64,000 nucleotides of DNA from Spirochaetaceae bacterium (GTDB lineage Bacteria > Spirochaetota > Spirochaetia > DSM-2461): NCBI GenBank assembly GCA_051531975.1, contig JAOPTT010000014.1, forward strand, positions 1 through 64,000, given 5' to 3'. The position numbers and the translations under genes are program-made. The notes beneath the pieces are model-generated. The model was not told the DNA's origin, made no database searches, and worked only from the letters and a program-made list of their open reading frames with translations. The number at the start of each line of letters is the position of its first letter. Position 1 is the first letter of the stretch. This document shows, piece after piece, positions 26,700 to 36,667 of this stretch.

Positions 26700-27695
26700 A
26701 TGTCAAGTTTACTAGAACCACTAACAAATGGATTATTAAAACTCAAAAATAGATTGGTTATGCCACCAATTGCAACTTCCAAATCAGATAACGATGGAAG
26801 AGTTAATAAAGATATTCTGGACTATTACAATGAAAAATCTTCTGGTGGTTATATAGGACTTTTTATCATTGAACACAGCTATATATTAAAACAAGGGAAG
26901 GCTGGTGACAATCAAGTTTCCATAGAAGATGATAATCTTATTCCTGAACTAAAAGAGCTAGCAAAAGTAATTCATATCAATGGATCAAAAGCTGTAATGC
27001 AGATTAACCATGCAGGAAGTTCGGCTAGAAAAGAAGTAACAAAACAAGAAATTATGGGCCCTTCAGCAGTCCCGAAACCAGGAACTGAAAATATTCCAAA
27101 AGCTATGACAAACAGTGACATAAATAATTTAATAATCGCTTTCTCTGAAGCTGCAAGACGAGTTAAAGAGGCTGGATTTGACGGAGTTGAAATTCATGGT
27201 GCACATGGTTTTCTATTGAGTCAATTTTTCTCAGCTTTAACCAATAAAAGAACAGATGAATATGGAGGAGATCTGTTAAAACGGATTAAAATACATATTG
27301 ATATAATTAAAGCTGTTAGAAAAGAAGTTGGTGATTCATTTCCAATTCTTTTAAGATTAGGTGCGGCTGATTATCTAGAAGGTGGAATCACTATTGATGA
27401 TAGTGTAATAGCAGCTGTAGAATTTGAAAAAGCTGGTGTTAATATATTGGATATTTCAGGTGGTTTTTGTGGGTTTAATGCCCCAGATACTTCGTCTGAA
27501 GGTTATTTCTCGGATTTAACAGAGCAGATAAAAAAAGTTGTTTCAATACCAGTTATTCTCACCGGTGGAATAATTAGTGCAAAAGCAGCTGAAACTCTTT
27601 TATTAGAGGAAAAAGCTGATCTTATAGGAGTTGGTAGAGCTATTTACAATGACTCATCTTGGGCAGAATCAGCTATAAAAGAGATAACTCTGTAA
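26700..27695 (+). CDS. NADH:flavin oxidoreductase (OYE/NamA-like)
   Basis: KNRLVMPP, QINHAG, GFDGVEIHGAHGFLLSQF, NKRTDEYGG. Confidence 0.93.
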   Translation: MSSLLEPLTNGLLKLKNRLVMPPIATSKSDNDGRVNKDILDYYNEKSSGGYIGLFIIEHSYILKQGKAGDNQVSIEDDNLIPELKELAKVIHINGSKAVMQINHAGSSARKEVTKQEIMGPSAVPKPGTENIPKAMTNSDINNLIIAFSEAARRVKEAGFDGVEIHGAHGFLLSQFFSALTNKRTDEYGGDLLKRIKIHIDIIKAVRKEVGDSFPILLRLGAADYLEGGITIDDSVIAAVEFEKAGVNILDISGGFCGFNAPDTSSEGYFSDLTEQIKKVVSIPVILTGGIISAKAAETLLLEEKADLIGVGRAIYNDSSWAESAIKEITL

Positions 27696-28547
27696 TTATT
27701 TAATACGGGTCTTAATATATTTAACACCATTTGTTATGTCTTTAACTCTATCAAAATCACCTTCACACTCTCTTGTTAGATAACCTGTATATCCAATATC
27801 CTCTAAGGTTTTTAGGTATTTAGGGAAGTCTACATCCCCTTCTCCTAATGGAGTTTCAGTGAAATAGTCACCAATTTTAATGTTTTGAGGATTGTTTTCA
27901 GCAAAAGCTGTGTATATCTCTCTTGGATTACACTGTTTATAGAACTTTCCATCCTTTAGGTGGGTATGGACTATGTACTCTTTTAGGATATTAACTGATT
28001 CTACTAGATTTTCATTATGAACCATAACTAGATTTGCAGGATCAAAGTTCACTTTTAGATGTTTTTCATTAGTCTCTTCTATAAATGATTTTAAGAGTTC
28101 AGATTTTTCAGGACCTGTTTCTATAGCGATGTATATTCCAGCTTTTTCTGCATACCTGCATATTGGAACCAGGGCATCTCTAATTATACTGTTTCTGGTT
28201 TCATCAGACTCAGAGAGAACCCCTATATGCGTCGTAATTATATCTGTGCCCAATTCTGATGCAAAATCTATAATCTTTTTAGTGGTTTCTATCTTGTCGT
28301 TATTTTCATCTCTAATTTCAAAACCATGCCCCCCCAGATCCCCGCAGAGAGCTGAGAGTTCAAGATTATAACTTTCTATCTTTTTTTTGATAGTTTTTGC
28401 ACTATTAAAATCAAAACCAAGGGTAGACATATGGTGGGAGGCTACATAAATCTGTATTCCGTCTACCCCTAATTCTGATGTTGTTTGTAATGATTTATCG
28501 AAAGATTGTCTTAGATTATCTAGTAGAATACCGGTTTTAAATTTCAC
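27696..28547 (-). CDS. Sugar phosphate isomerase/epimerase (AP endonuclease 2 TIM barrel)
   Basis: AIETGPE, NFDPANL, HTHLKD, PLGEGDVDF. Confidence 0.9.
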   Translation of the reverse strand: MKFKTGILLDNLRQSFDKSLQTTSELGVDGIQIYVASHHMSTLGFDFNSAKTIKKKIESYNLELSALCGDLGGHGFEIRDENNDKIETTKKIIDFASELGTDIITTHIGVLSESDETRNSIIRDALVPICRYAEKAGIYIAIETGPEKSELLKSFIEETNEKHLKVNFDPANLVMVHNENLVESVNILKEYIVHTHLKDGKFYKQCNPREIYTAFAENNPQNIKIGDYFTETPLGEGDVDFPKYLKTLEDIGYTGYLTRECEGDFDRVKDITNGVKYIKTRIK

Positions 28548-29520
28548 TGTTTGTCCTTTTTATTACCTCATCAATCAATAGTGCTGCTTTAACAGCATCA
28601 TCCATATTTACTAAAGTTTTACTCTTATTTTGAGAGTAGGCAATAAAGTCTACTAGCTGATCTTTTATCTGGTTATTATTATAGGCGATTATATGTTTTG
28701 ATAGCTCCATAAACCGATTAATATCAATTTTTTTATTAACCAGATCCCCATTAAATCTACCATACTCAAAATCGATCTCTATCTCTCGTTTTTTCTCTTC
28801 TATTAACCACGAGGATACAATTTCACCTCTAAGGCCTTTTGAGTGTCTTGTATAAACAGTACACTCCATAATCTCATTGTCTGACCTTTTAACCTTTATA
28901 TCTTCAATTTTATACTTACCAAAGATACAGTGAACAAGATCCAGATCATGGACAAGTTTATCTATTAAAATTCCTTCTTTTACACGTTCAGGTTTTAAAC
29001 TTGTTCTACTGAATTTATATTTAAGTGGTTTCCCATAAGCTGGGAATTTAACAGTTTCTAAAGCTTCTAAAGTTACAGGATTATACCTCTCTATATGCCC
29101 AGGCATAATCCTGATTTTATTCTTTTTAGCAAAATTGTTAATCTCTTTAACCTCTTTAGCTGTTTCACAAACAGGTTTTTCAATTAAGAGGGAAATTTTA
29201 GATAAAATAAGTAATTTTGCAATCCCAAAGTGAGTTTTTATCGGTGTTGAAATTACAGCAGAGTTTATTTCAAGTTCTGGTCTGTTTAACATCTCATCCA
29301 CCGATGGGAAATACCAGATACCCTCCTCCTCATTATAAGTGGATTCTGTAAAAATGGTATCTACTATAGCCTTAAGTTTAAAATCCTTTAACATTTCCGG
29401 GAGATTATATTTATAATAATTTTCTATGTTTTTACGGTCATATAACTCTATACATGCTTTTTTGTATATATGACCCATATAACCATAACCGATAATGGCA
29501 AAGGAAGTTATTTTTTTCAT
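28537..29520 (-). CDS. Gfo/Idh/MocA family oxidoreductase
   Basis: IIGYGYMG, LIEKP, GHIERYNP, DKLVHDLD. Confidence 0.9.
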   Translation of the reverse strand: MKKITSFAIIGYGYMGHIYKKACIELYDRKNIENYYKYNLPEMLKDFKLKAIVDTIFTESTYNEEEGIWYFPSVDEMLNRPELEINSAVISTPIKTHFGIAKLLILSKISLLIEKPVCETAKEVKEINNFAKKNKIRIMPGHIERYNPVTLEALETVKFPAYGKPLKYKFSRTSLKPERVKEGILIDKLVHDLDLVHCIFGKYKIEDIKVKRSDNEIMECTVYTRHSKGLRGEIVSSWLIEEKKREIEIDFEYGRFNGDLVNKKIDINRFMELSKHIIAYNNNQIKDQLVDFIAYSQNKSKTLVNMDDAVKAALLIDEVIKRTNSEI

Positions 29521-29530
29521 AATATCATTA

Positions 29531-30400
29531 TCACTTTAATATTGAAATTAAGCCATTTGCAGTTTTCTTTGCAAGATCCATATCTGGTAAAACCAGGTCA
29601 GGTAATCTTGAAAACGGGATCATCTCAATTGTAATTGGACCATTATAGTTAATTTTATTTAGCTCCAGAATTACATTTTTAAAGTTAACATCTCCTTCTA
29701 ATATATCATCACCAAAACCGTGTAACATTCCACCACAATCTTCTCTAGAGAAGTTTTTAAAATGTATAGCTTTTATATATGAACCAAGTATCTCAACCCA
29801 ATGTTCTGGATATCCATTCATAGTCGCATTTCCAACATCAAAATAAATCCCTATAAATTCAGTATCAAACTGATCTAGAAAAAACTTAAACTCCATTGGA
29901 GATAACAGGAATTTATTCCATACATTTTCAAGGCAGATATTTACATTGTTCTCTTCCGCAAATGGTATAATAGTATTAATAGATTTTGTTGCATTATCCC
30001 AAACAGTTTTGTATTTTGTTACTGGTCTAGATTCATCCCATGCAACATCTACAGCTCCTGGAACAACAAGTATTTTATCTATATTTAGCCACTTAGCTAC
30101 TTTAATATATTTTTTTGTAAACTCTATTGCTTTCTCTCTCTCATCCACATCTTCTGAAGCTAGGGAACAACCCCAATAATAACCAGTAGCAAGTGTTTGT
30201 AATCCTACACCTTGCTTAGTAGCATATTCTAGAATTTCTTTACACTGTTCTTCTGTTACATCCTCTTTTAATACATCAGAAAAAGTAAGTTCGATACCAT
30301 CTAGACCCATTTTTTTTGCATCATCTATGGCTGTAAATGCAGTTTTATCTCCTTCAAACCCACCTAATACCCAATAATTAATTGCTTTAAAGTTCTCCAT
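29531..30400 (-). CDS. Sugar phosphate isomerase/epimerase family protein
   Basis: ILVVPG, LENVWNKFLLSP, YFDVGN, IHFK. Confidence 0.9.
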   Translation of the reverse strand: MENFKAINYWVLGGFEGDKTAFTAIDDAKKMGLDGIELTFSDVLKEDVTEEQCKEILEYATKQGVGLQTLATGYYWGCSLASEDVDEREKAIEFTKKYIKVAKWLNIDKILVVPGAVDVAWDESRPVTKYKTVWDNATKSINTIIPFAEENNVNICLENVWNKFLLSPMEFKFFLDQFDTEFIGIYFDVGNATMNGYPEHWVEILGSYIKAIHFKNFSREDCGGMLHGFGDDILEGDVNFKNVILELNKINYNGPITIEMIPFSRLPDLVLPDMDLAKKTANGLISILK

Positions 30401-31451
30401 AATTCACCTCTATAGTTCTTTTTTCATCTATGGATCTCTGTTCTGCTTCGATTATAGCAATAGAGTCCCTCATCTGATCTGTTGTTAAGTATTTATCTGG
30501 CTTAGTTCCACTTATTATGCAATCTAGGAAATAATTAATTTCAACATGCCAACCTGTAGGCAGATTATCTACAGCTGGTTTTGGTTCAATGATCTCACCT
30601 GTTTCATATATAACCTTATATCCTGTCTCTGAAAGACGAATTGTTGCTTTCTCACATACAATTTGAAAACTCATCTCAAATGGTGAGTCTTTCGCAGATA
30701 CCCAACCACCTTCAGCCATTATAAGTGCATCTATATCATCATAAGCGTAATTTGTAAAAACGTGATCTACACCGTTGTCTGATCTAAAACCTTTTACACC
30801 AAATGAGGTAACAGAGTTTGGTTTTCCAAAGAAGTATCTAATTAGGTCAGTATCATGAAGATGAAGGTCTAATAAAGCACTACCACTTAGCTCTGATTTC
30901 ATGAACCAGTCTTGCCATGCATTACCGTGAATTGAAGGAGAAACTCTTTTAAATGTAGCACTTTTAACAGCACCTAAGTCACCTGTTTTAAATAGTTCCC
31001 AAGCATGTCTATATTCTGGCCAGTGCCGTACACACAATCCATTCATAAACAATTTGTCCGAATCATCAGCTGCTTTTGTTATCTGTGTAGCTTCCTCATG
31101 GTTAAGACCTATAGGCTTTTCACATAGAACGTGTTTTCCATTTTTTATAGCTGCAAGTGCATATTTTTTATGTAGATATGTAGGCAGGCAGATATCGACC
31201 ATATCAATATCGGGATCGTTAATAAGGTCCATTGCATCTTCGTATTTTTTTATCCCCGTCATATCAACTGGAATAGAGTTATCTACATCTCCAATATTTC
31301 CTATTATTTTGCTCCAATCACCTTCTAGTTTATTTTTATCAACATCAGAAACTGCAACTATTTCTGATTTCCCTAACCCCTTGTGAATTTGGAAGTGGGT
31401 TGACCCCATAAATCCTAATCCAATTATTCCTATTCTTATTTTATCGTTCAT
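30387..31451 (-). CDS. Gfo/Idh/MocA family oxidoreductase
   Basis: IIGLGFMG, HVLCEKP, DLHLHDTD; start ATG 31451 (RBS AAGGA). Confidence 0.92.
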   Translation of the reverse strand: MNDKIRIGIIGLGFMGSTHFQIHKGLGKSEIVAVSDVDKNKLEGDWSKIIGNIGDVDNSIPVDMTGIKKYEDAMDLINDPDIDMVDICLPTYLHKKYALAAIKNGKHVLCEKPIGLNHEEATQITKAADDSDKLFMNGLCVRHWPEYRHAWELFKTGDLGAVKSATFKRVSPSIHGNAWQDWFMKSELSGSALLDLHLHDTDLIRYFFGKPNSVTSFGVKGFRSDNGVDHVFTNYAYDDIDALIMAEGGWVSAKDSPFEMSFQIVCEKATIRLSETGYKVIYETGEIIEPKPAVDNLPTGWHVEINYFLDCIISGTKPDKYLTTDQMRDSIAIIEAEQRSIDEKRTIEVNYGEL

Positions 31452-31549
31452 TTTATATTCCTTATAGCAGTATTTTACCACTTAATAAGGAGTTGCAGTT
31501 GTCTGTTTATACTTTAATTTTATACGTTTTACTCAGAATTTTAGTGACA

Positions 31550-31572
31550 TATCTAGAAACTGTTTCTAGATA
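31550..31572. promoter_or_regulatory. Perfect 11-bp-arm inverted repeat (operator or terminator-like)
   Basis: TATCTAGAAAC-T-GTTTCTAGATA between GH13_18 stop and Gfo operon. Confidence 0.45.
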
Positions 31573-31579
31573 ATTTATT

Positions 31580-33112
31580 TTATAACAAAACCCAATCAGA
31601 AGAAACATCTTTATATTCGATGTAATACTTAACTTCTTTTAGGTCGGCAAATAGTCTGGCTTTATGCTCTCCCCTAATCCATAAAAGGTCAATTATATGG
31701 GTATCAGATTTAGTAATTGTTAATTCGCCACCGTCTTTAAAAACCTCAAAGTTATTTCTAAATTTAATAAGTTTTAGTTGTGACGTTACAATATCTCTAT
31801 CTAAACCTTCTGTTATCTGATTAATGTTAAGGTTTGTTCTATTAATATCCTTATGTCCAATATTATTTGCTGCGTCATAATCATTAGTCCCTGCAAAAAG
31901 ATCAAGATACCAAACAATAGGTACTCCCGGCATAAATATCTGAATTGCCCTAGCCAATAAAAACTTCTTTTCATCTTCATCTAATGCACTAAAAAAGGTT
32001 GAGTTTATCTGATAATAAGAAATTTTCTCTCCATCAGGTCCAAATAGATCTTTTAAACGTCCACCTCTTTTTTTGATAATTGAGATAAGATCTGATATTC
32101 TAGTTTCGTCTAATAGTCCTTTAACATCTAAAAGAGGTATTCCATCGTGACAGCCGAGCATATTAAATGTTTTATAGCCTTTTACCTGTATCTCTTTTAT
32201 CCATCTAAGTAGGTTTCTATTTTCCTTAAATTCAATAGCATCTAAAACAAGTCCAGGGAAGAAAAAGTCATAAATAGCATAACCTTTATCTGCTAACTTT
32301 TCATGTAGACCAACCTCATATTTACTATGTATTTCTGGTAGAAGCACTATATTGTATCTATCTGCTATACTTTTAATTCTAGCTAAGTATTCCCAGGTAC
32401 CTGGTTCATTAAAGAAGTTACTGTATCCTATTTTTTTATGTAGATATGCAAATGCATCAAGTCTAACAATTGTTGAACCATAATCACTTAGTTTTCTAAA
32501 AGTTTCTTCATAGAACTCCCAAACTAAATTACAATTTGCATTTAGATCCATCTGTCCAAGATATGATATTTTACTGTTTTTTTCCTTAGTTATCTTCTGA
32601 TAAAATGTATTCCAATAATATCTACTACTACCATCTGGGAATGGAACCTTTAATACTGGAAGACCTGGTTTTCTCATAAACAGTTTTGAAAGGTACTCTT
32701 TATTAGGAATTATTAGTCCATCCTCATTTAAAGTACCTTTACCTTCCCAGTATCTATTCCAATCGATAAACATATGCACATATTTTGATTTATCACCTCT
32801 GTTTAACAGATCCTGGAATTGTGGTGACAGTACAGAGAGATGATTTAAAACAAAGTCTAATTTTAGGTTTATATTCATATTCTGAAGATCTTCTAAATTA
32901 TTATAATTCACCATTTCTTCATCTAGGTCATAACTTTTAATAGAAAACCCACGATCTAAGTCAGATTTAAACATTGATGGAAGTATATAAAGAAGAGAAA
33001 AAAGGTCCTTGAACTGCTCTTTTTTTAATATATCCACTATCACATCCAGATTACCACCAATACTATCAGGATAAACATTTAACATAACACCGTTAAATAT
33101 AGTATTATCCAT
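31580..33112 (-). CDS. GH13_18 sucrose phosphorylase family enzyme (probable sucrose-6-phosphate phosphorylase)
   Basis: DFVLNH, RLDAFAY, LPEIH, LGCHDGIP, YYQIN; overlaps kinase gene. Confidence 0.85.
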   Translation of the reverse strand: MDNTIFNGVMLNVYPDSIGGNLDVIVDILKKEQFKDLFSLLYILPSMFKSDLDRGFSIKSYDLDEEMVNYNNLEDLQNMNINLKLDFVLNHLSVLSPQFQDLLNRGDKSKYVHMFIDWNRYWEGKGTLNEDGLIIPNKEYLSKLFMRKPGLPVLKVPFPDGSSRYYWNTFYQKITKEKNSKISYLGQMDLNANCNLVWEFYEETFRKLSDYGSTIVRLDAFAYLHKKIGYSNFFNEPGTWEYLARIKSIADRYNIVLLPEIHSKYEVGLHEKLADKGYAIYDFFFPGLVLDAIEFKENRNLLRWIKEIQVKGYKTFNMLGCHDGIPLLDVKGLLDETRISDLISIIKKRGGRLKDLFGPDGEKISYYQINSTFFSALDEDEKKFLLARAIQIFMPGVPIVWYLDLFAGTNDYDAANNIGHKDINRTNLNINQITEGLDRDIVTSQLKLIKFRNNFEVFKDGGELTITKSDTHIIDLLWIRGEHKARLFADLKEVKYYIEYKDVSSDWVLL

Positions 33113-33986
33113 TAAAATCTCCCTTGGTTATGATGTTCCCTGACTTACCTACTATTAAAAAAGAATCCATAAATTGATTATTAATTTTATTTTGCTCAAT
33201 CTCTAATACACAATTTGTAAATGATGAATTCACCCCTTTATCACGGCCTCTAGATACCCTATGAGAAAGAGTCTCCCCCGGGGTACTAAATAGAAACACA
33301 GGGTAATCAACACCTTTTAAGTGAGGATTATTGCCATGGGTCCATTCAATAATAAGAACCTCAGTATCTTTAAAATCTATCTTCTCAAAACTTATATCAT
33401 TTATAGTTCGTCCCATTCTTTTTAGATTTATAAATCTTCTGTTATTTTTAAAATCCCCAATAATACTGTTTAATAGGTTAAAATCGACTTCTTTTTCTGA
33501 CGCCAGATATTCCCAAAGAGCCTTTTCACCTGCAACCTGATATATAGATAAAAATGGTTTTGTCCTAGCAATGTCTTTATTAAAATCATCTTTGTTGGCC
33601 AAAAGTTTATTAAGTTCTAATGTCCAAGTAGGATTAAATCCGTTATTGTTTTTTAATCCTAAAAGGCCAGCGTATCTAAATCTATTTAATCTTTCTAAAT
33701 CGTTGTACTTTGGGATTCTATATGGATAGTTATCCCCAGATAAAACATATGTCTTAACACCATTTTTGGTGAGTTCTGATGCTAATAGAGATCCTATTTC
33801 AGACTTCCCTACACCAGATCCTCCATATACAGATATAACAGTTTTATGTCCTGATTCTTTTATTTTATCAAATATTATTGGGTATATTACTTCTGCTCTC
33901 TTAATATGTGATTCATCAATACTTATTTTATCCCCTGGCATATCACCAAAAATGAGATTAATATCTTTATTCAATATGTTCTCCAT
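33105..33986 (-). CDS. P-loop kinase resembling the sucrose kinase domain of AgaSK
   Basis: GDMPGDK, GGSGVGKSE, LSGDNYP.RIP.YND.ERL, IIEWTHG. Confidence 0.7.
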   Translation of the reverse strand: MENILNKDINLIFGDMPGDKISIDESHIKRAEVIYPIIFDKIKESGHKTVISVYGGSGVGKSEIGSLLASELTKNGVKTYVLSGDNYPYRIPKYNDLERLNRFRYAGLLGLKNNNGFNPTWTLELNKLLANKDDFNKDIARTKPFLSIYQVAGEKALWEYLASEKEVDFNLLNSIIGDFKNNRRFINLKRMGRTINDISFEKIDFKDTEVLIIEWTHGNNPHLKGVDYPVFLFSTPGETLSHRVSRGRDKGVNSSFTNCVLEIEQNKINNQFMDSFLIVGKSGNIITKGDFNG

Positions 33987-33992
33987 TATAAT

Positions 33993-34643
33993 TTACTGAG
34001 GATCTAATTCCTGGGTATTTAGAAAGTGATATGTTCCAAAGCCAACTCTATCTTCAGGCCCAACTCCAATGGCTCTAAATCCAGCCTTAAGTGCCCCTTC
34101 AACTCCAGCCCTTGCATCTTCGACAACAATACATTCATCTACTGCTAAACCTATCTGACCGGCAGCATGTAGAAATACATCTGGAGCTGGTTTTGCTCTA
34201 TTAACATGGCCACCATGGGCAATTCCATCAAAATAACTTCTAATATTTAGATGATCAACTATAAAATCTGTATTTCTACTAGCAGATCCTATAGCAAGCT
34301 TTTTACCCATGTTTTTAAGAGCTAGTAAAAGTGGTAATATCCCAGGAAGAATATCATCAGATGTTAAACCTTCTAACATCTGCCTATAATAACCATTTTT
34401 CCTCTTCATCATATCTAAAATTTTATCTTCAGTTACAATTAGTCCATCTAATATAATTTCAAGAGAAGCCCTTCTAGAGACTCCTCTTAATTTTTCATTT
34501 ATATTTTCATTAAAAGTAAGACCCTCTTCATCTGCCATTTTTTTCCACGCTTTATAGTGAAATATGGCGGTATCGGTTAAAACACCATCTAGGTCAAAAA
34601 TCCAACCTTTAATACCATCAATTTTAAGTAATTTTTTTATCAT
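33993..34643 (-). CDS. pgmB: Beta-phosphoglucomutase
   Basis: FDLDGVLTDTA..H..AW, GVSR, SAS, KPAPDVF, EDA. Confidence 0.93.
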   Translation of the reverse strand: MIKKLLKIDGIKGWIFDLDGVLTDTAIFHYKAWKKMADEEGLTFNENINEKLRGVSRRASLEIILDGLIVTEDKILDMMKRKNGYYRQMLEGLTSDDILPGILPLLLALKNMGKKLAIGSASRNTDFIVDHLNIRSYFDGIAHGGHVNRAKPAPDVFLHAAGQIGLAVDECIVVEDARAGVEGALKAGFRAIGVGPEDRVGFGTYHFLNTQELDPQ

Positions 34644-35515
34644 CCTTTAACAGAACCTGCCATCATTCCTCTTACAAAAAACCGTTGTAATGAGAAGAAA
34701 ACAATAAGTGGAACTATCATGGTTAAAAATGCACCTGAAGTTAAAATATGCCAATCTTGACCACGGGAACCTACCATTTCTGCCAATCTTGTAGTAACAA
34801 GAGCATTCTCTTTTTTTGTTCCCAAAAATACCATAGCAACAAGTAGATCATTCCACACCCATAAGAACTGGAATATTGAAAAGGCCGCAATTGCTGGGAT
34901 AGATACTGGTAAAACTAACATTGTAAATGTCTTCATGGGACTTGCACCATCAATATGTGCAGCTTCTATCATTTCTGACGGAATTGTAGATATAAAACCA
35001 TATAAGAGATAAATAGCTAAGGGTAGTCCAAAACCAGTATGGGCTAACCAAACACCTAAATAAGTTCCATTTAATCCAAGTTTTGTATATAACTTTAACA
35101 TTGGGATAAGTGCCATCTGTAAAGGAACAACCATTAATCCTACAACAATTACAAAAAATACCTCTTTCCCTGGAAAGTTCATCCATGCAAAAGCATATGC
35201 CGCAAATGCTGCTATAGTTATTGGTATTACAGTAGACGGGATTGTAACTAATAAACTGTTAACAAATGCATTCCCCATTCCATCTGCAAGTATTACATCG
35301 GTATAGTTACTTAAAGTCCATTTAGTAAAATTAAATGGGTGTGCTAATTGGGTCCACCATCCCGATGATGTAATATCTTCAGGGGGTCTAAAGGAGGAGA
35401 TTAAAAGTCCAATAGATGGAAGTGTCCATAAAAAACATATTAATATAATTGTTAGCTGTAGAGGTGTAGAACTTATCAACTCCCGAAAAAAGCTTTTCTT
35501 ATTTATCTGTTTCAT
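34640..35515 (-). CDS. aglG: Alpha-glucoside ABC transporter permease (AglG/MalG-like)
   Basis: EAAHIDGA loop, VVPLQMAL, QFLWVWND, AGSVKG end. Confidence 0.82.
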   Translation of the reverse strand: MKQINKKSFFRELISSTPLQLTIILICFLWTLPSIGLLISSFRPPEDITSSGWWTQLAHPFNFTKWTLSNYTDVILADGMGNAFVNSLLVTIPSTVIPITIAAFAAYAFAWMNFPGKEVFFVIVVGLMVVPLQMALIPMLKLYTKLGLNGTYLGVWLAHTGFGLPLAIYLLYGFISTIPSEMIEAAHIDGASPMKTFTMLVLPVSIPAIAAFSIFQFLWVWNDLLVAMVFLGTKKENALVTTRLAEMVGSRGQDWHILTSGAFLTMIVPLIVFFSLQRFFVRGMMAGSVKG

Positions 35516-36618
35516 CGAACACTCCTATTCTCTCTAAGATTTTTAATGTTATATATCAGTACAGGAACAACCGCTACTAATAGGATTACGGCCAAAGCAC
35601 TACCCCTACCATAGTTCCTGAATACAAATGACTCTTTATAATATCTAAGTGCAACAACACTTGTATCATACTGACCACTTGTCATAACAAAGACGATATC
35701 AAATATTTTTAAAACCGCTATTAAAACTGTTGTCGTAACAGTTAATATTGTACTTTTAATAAACGGAACTATTACATGAAAAAATATAGTAAATTCATTG
35801 GCTCCATCAATTTTTGCAGCTTCAACTAATGATCCAGGTACACCTTTAACAGCTGCAGATAAAATAACCATTGCGTAACCTGTTTGTAGCCATATCATAA
35901 TTACCATTAAAAAGAAATTATTCCATGGTCTTTGAATAAGCCATCCGGCAGGCTCCCCACCTAATGCAACAACAATTGCATTTAATAGACCAATTTGTTC
36001 TTGACCTGGAGGTTGGTAATAATAGATAAATCTCCATATAACTGCAGCACCAACAAATGATATTGCCATTGGCATAAAAATAAGAGATTTTGCAATCTTC
36101 TCCCATTTAACCTTGTCTACTAAAACAGCTATAACAAGGCCTAATGATACTGTAAAAAATGTTACAAATATTAACCATAAAAGGTTATTTCTTAAAATAA
36201 TTAACATACTTTCGTCTGTTAATGCAAAAATATAGTTCTTTAACCCTACAAATTTATCACCTTTTCTATCTAAAAAACTCATTACGAATGTATGAACTGC
36301 TGGATAAACAAGGTATGTTCCCAAAATAGCTAAAGCGGGTCCAACAAATACAAATGGTCTTAACATCTCCCTTATTTTTCCAGGTAAATGTGAAACTAAA
36401 TTATCCGCTGATACAAATATTACCCAAACACCTAGGACACCAATTATTAAAGCGATGATCCCAATTGTAAATTTAGAAGCATCTGAATCCCTCATAAAGA
36501 TGAAACTCCATCTTAATATGGCAAATGCTAAAATAGGAATCGTTACAGAGATTGCAACCCTGCCAGGTCCCATAGCCAAGACATCAAAGATTCCAGTATT
36601 TTTCTTCTTTTTGTTCAT
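35512..36618 (-). CDS. aglF: Alpha-glucoside ABC transporter permease (AglF/MalF-like)
   Basis: KSLIFMPMAISFVGA, WLQTG.AMVILSAA, EAAKIDGA. Confidence 0.82.
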   Translation of the reverse strand: MNKKKKNTGIFDVLAMGPGRVAISVTIPILAFAILRWSFIFMRDSDASKFTIGIIALIIGVLGVWVIFVSADNLVSHLPGKIREMLRPFVFVGPALAILGTYLVYPAVHTFVMSFLDRKGDKFVGLKNYIFALTDESMLIILRNNLLWLIFVTFFTVSLGLVIAVLVDKVKWEKIAKSLIFMPMAISFVGAAVIWRFIYYYQPPGQEQIGLLNAIVVALGGEPAGWLIQRPWNNFFLMVIMIWLQTGYAMVILSAAVKGVPGSLVEAAKIDGANEFTIFFHVIVPFIKSTILTVTTTVLIAVLKIFDIVFVMTSGQYDTSVVALRYYKESFVFRNYGRGSALAVILLVAVVPVLIYNIKNLRENRSVR

Positions 36619-36637
36619 AAATCCTCCGAGGAATGAA

Positions 36638-36659
36638 CTAGAGGGTTTGACCCCTCTAG
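36638..36659 (-). terminator. Intercistronic hairpin after solute-binding protein gene
   Basis: CTAGAGGG-6 nt-CCCTCTAG, 8 nt after SBP stop, no long U-tract. Confidence 0.6.
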
Positions 36660-36667
36660 ATGTTCTC

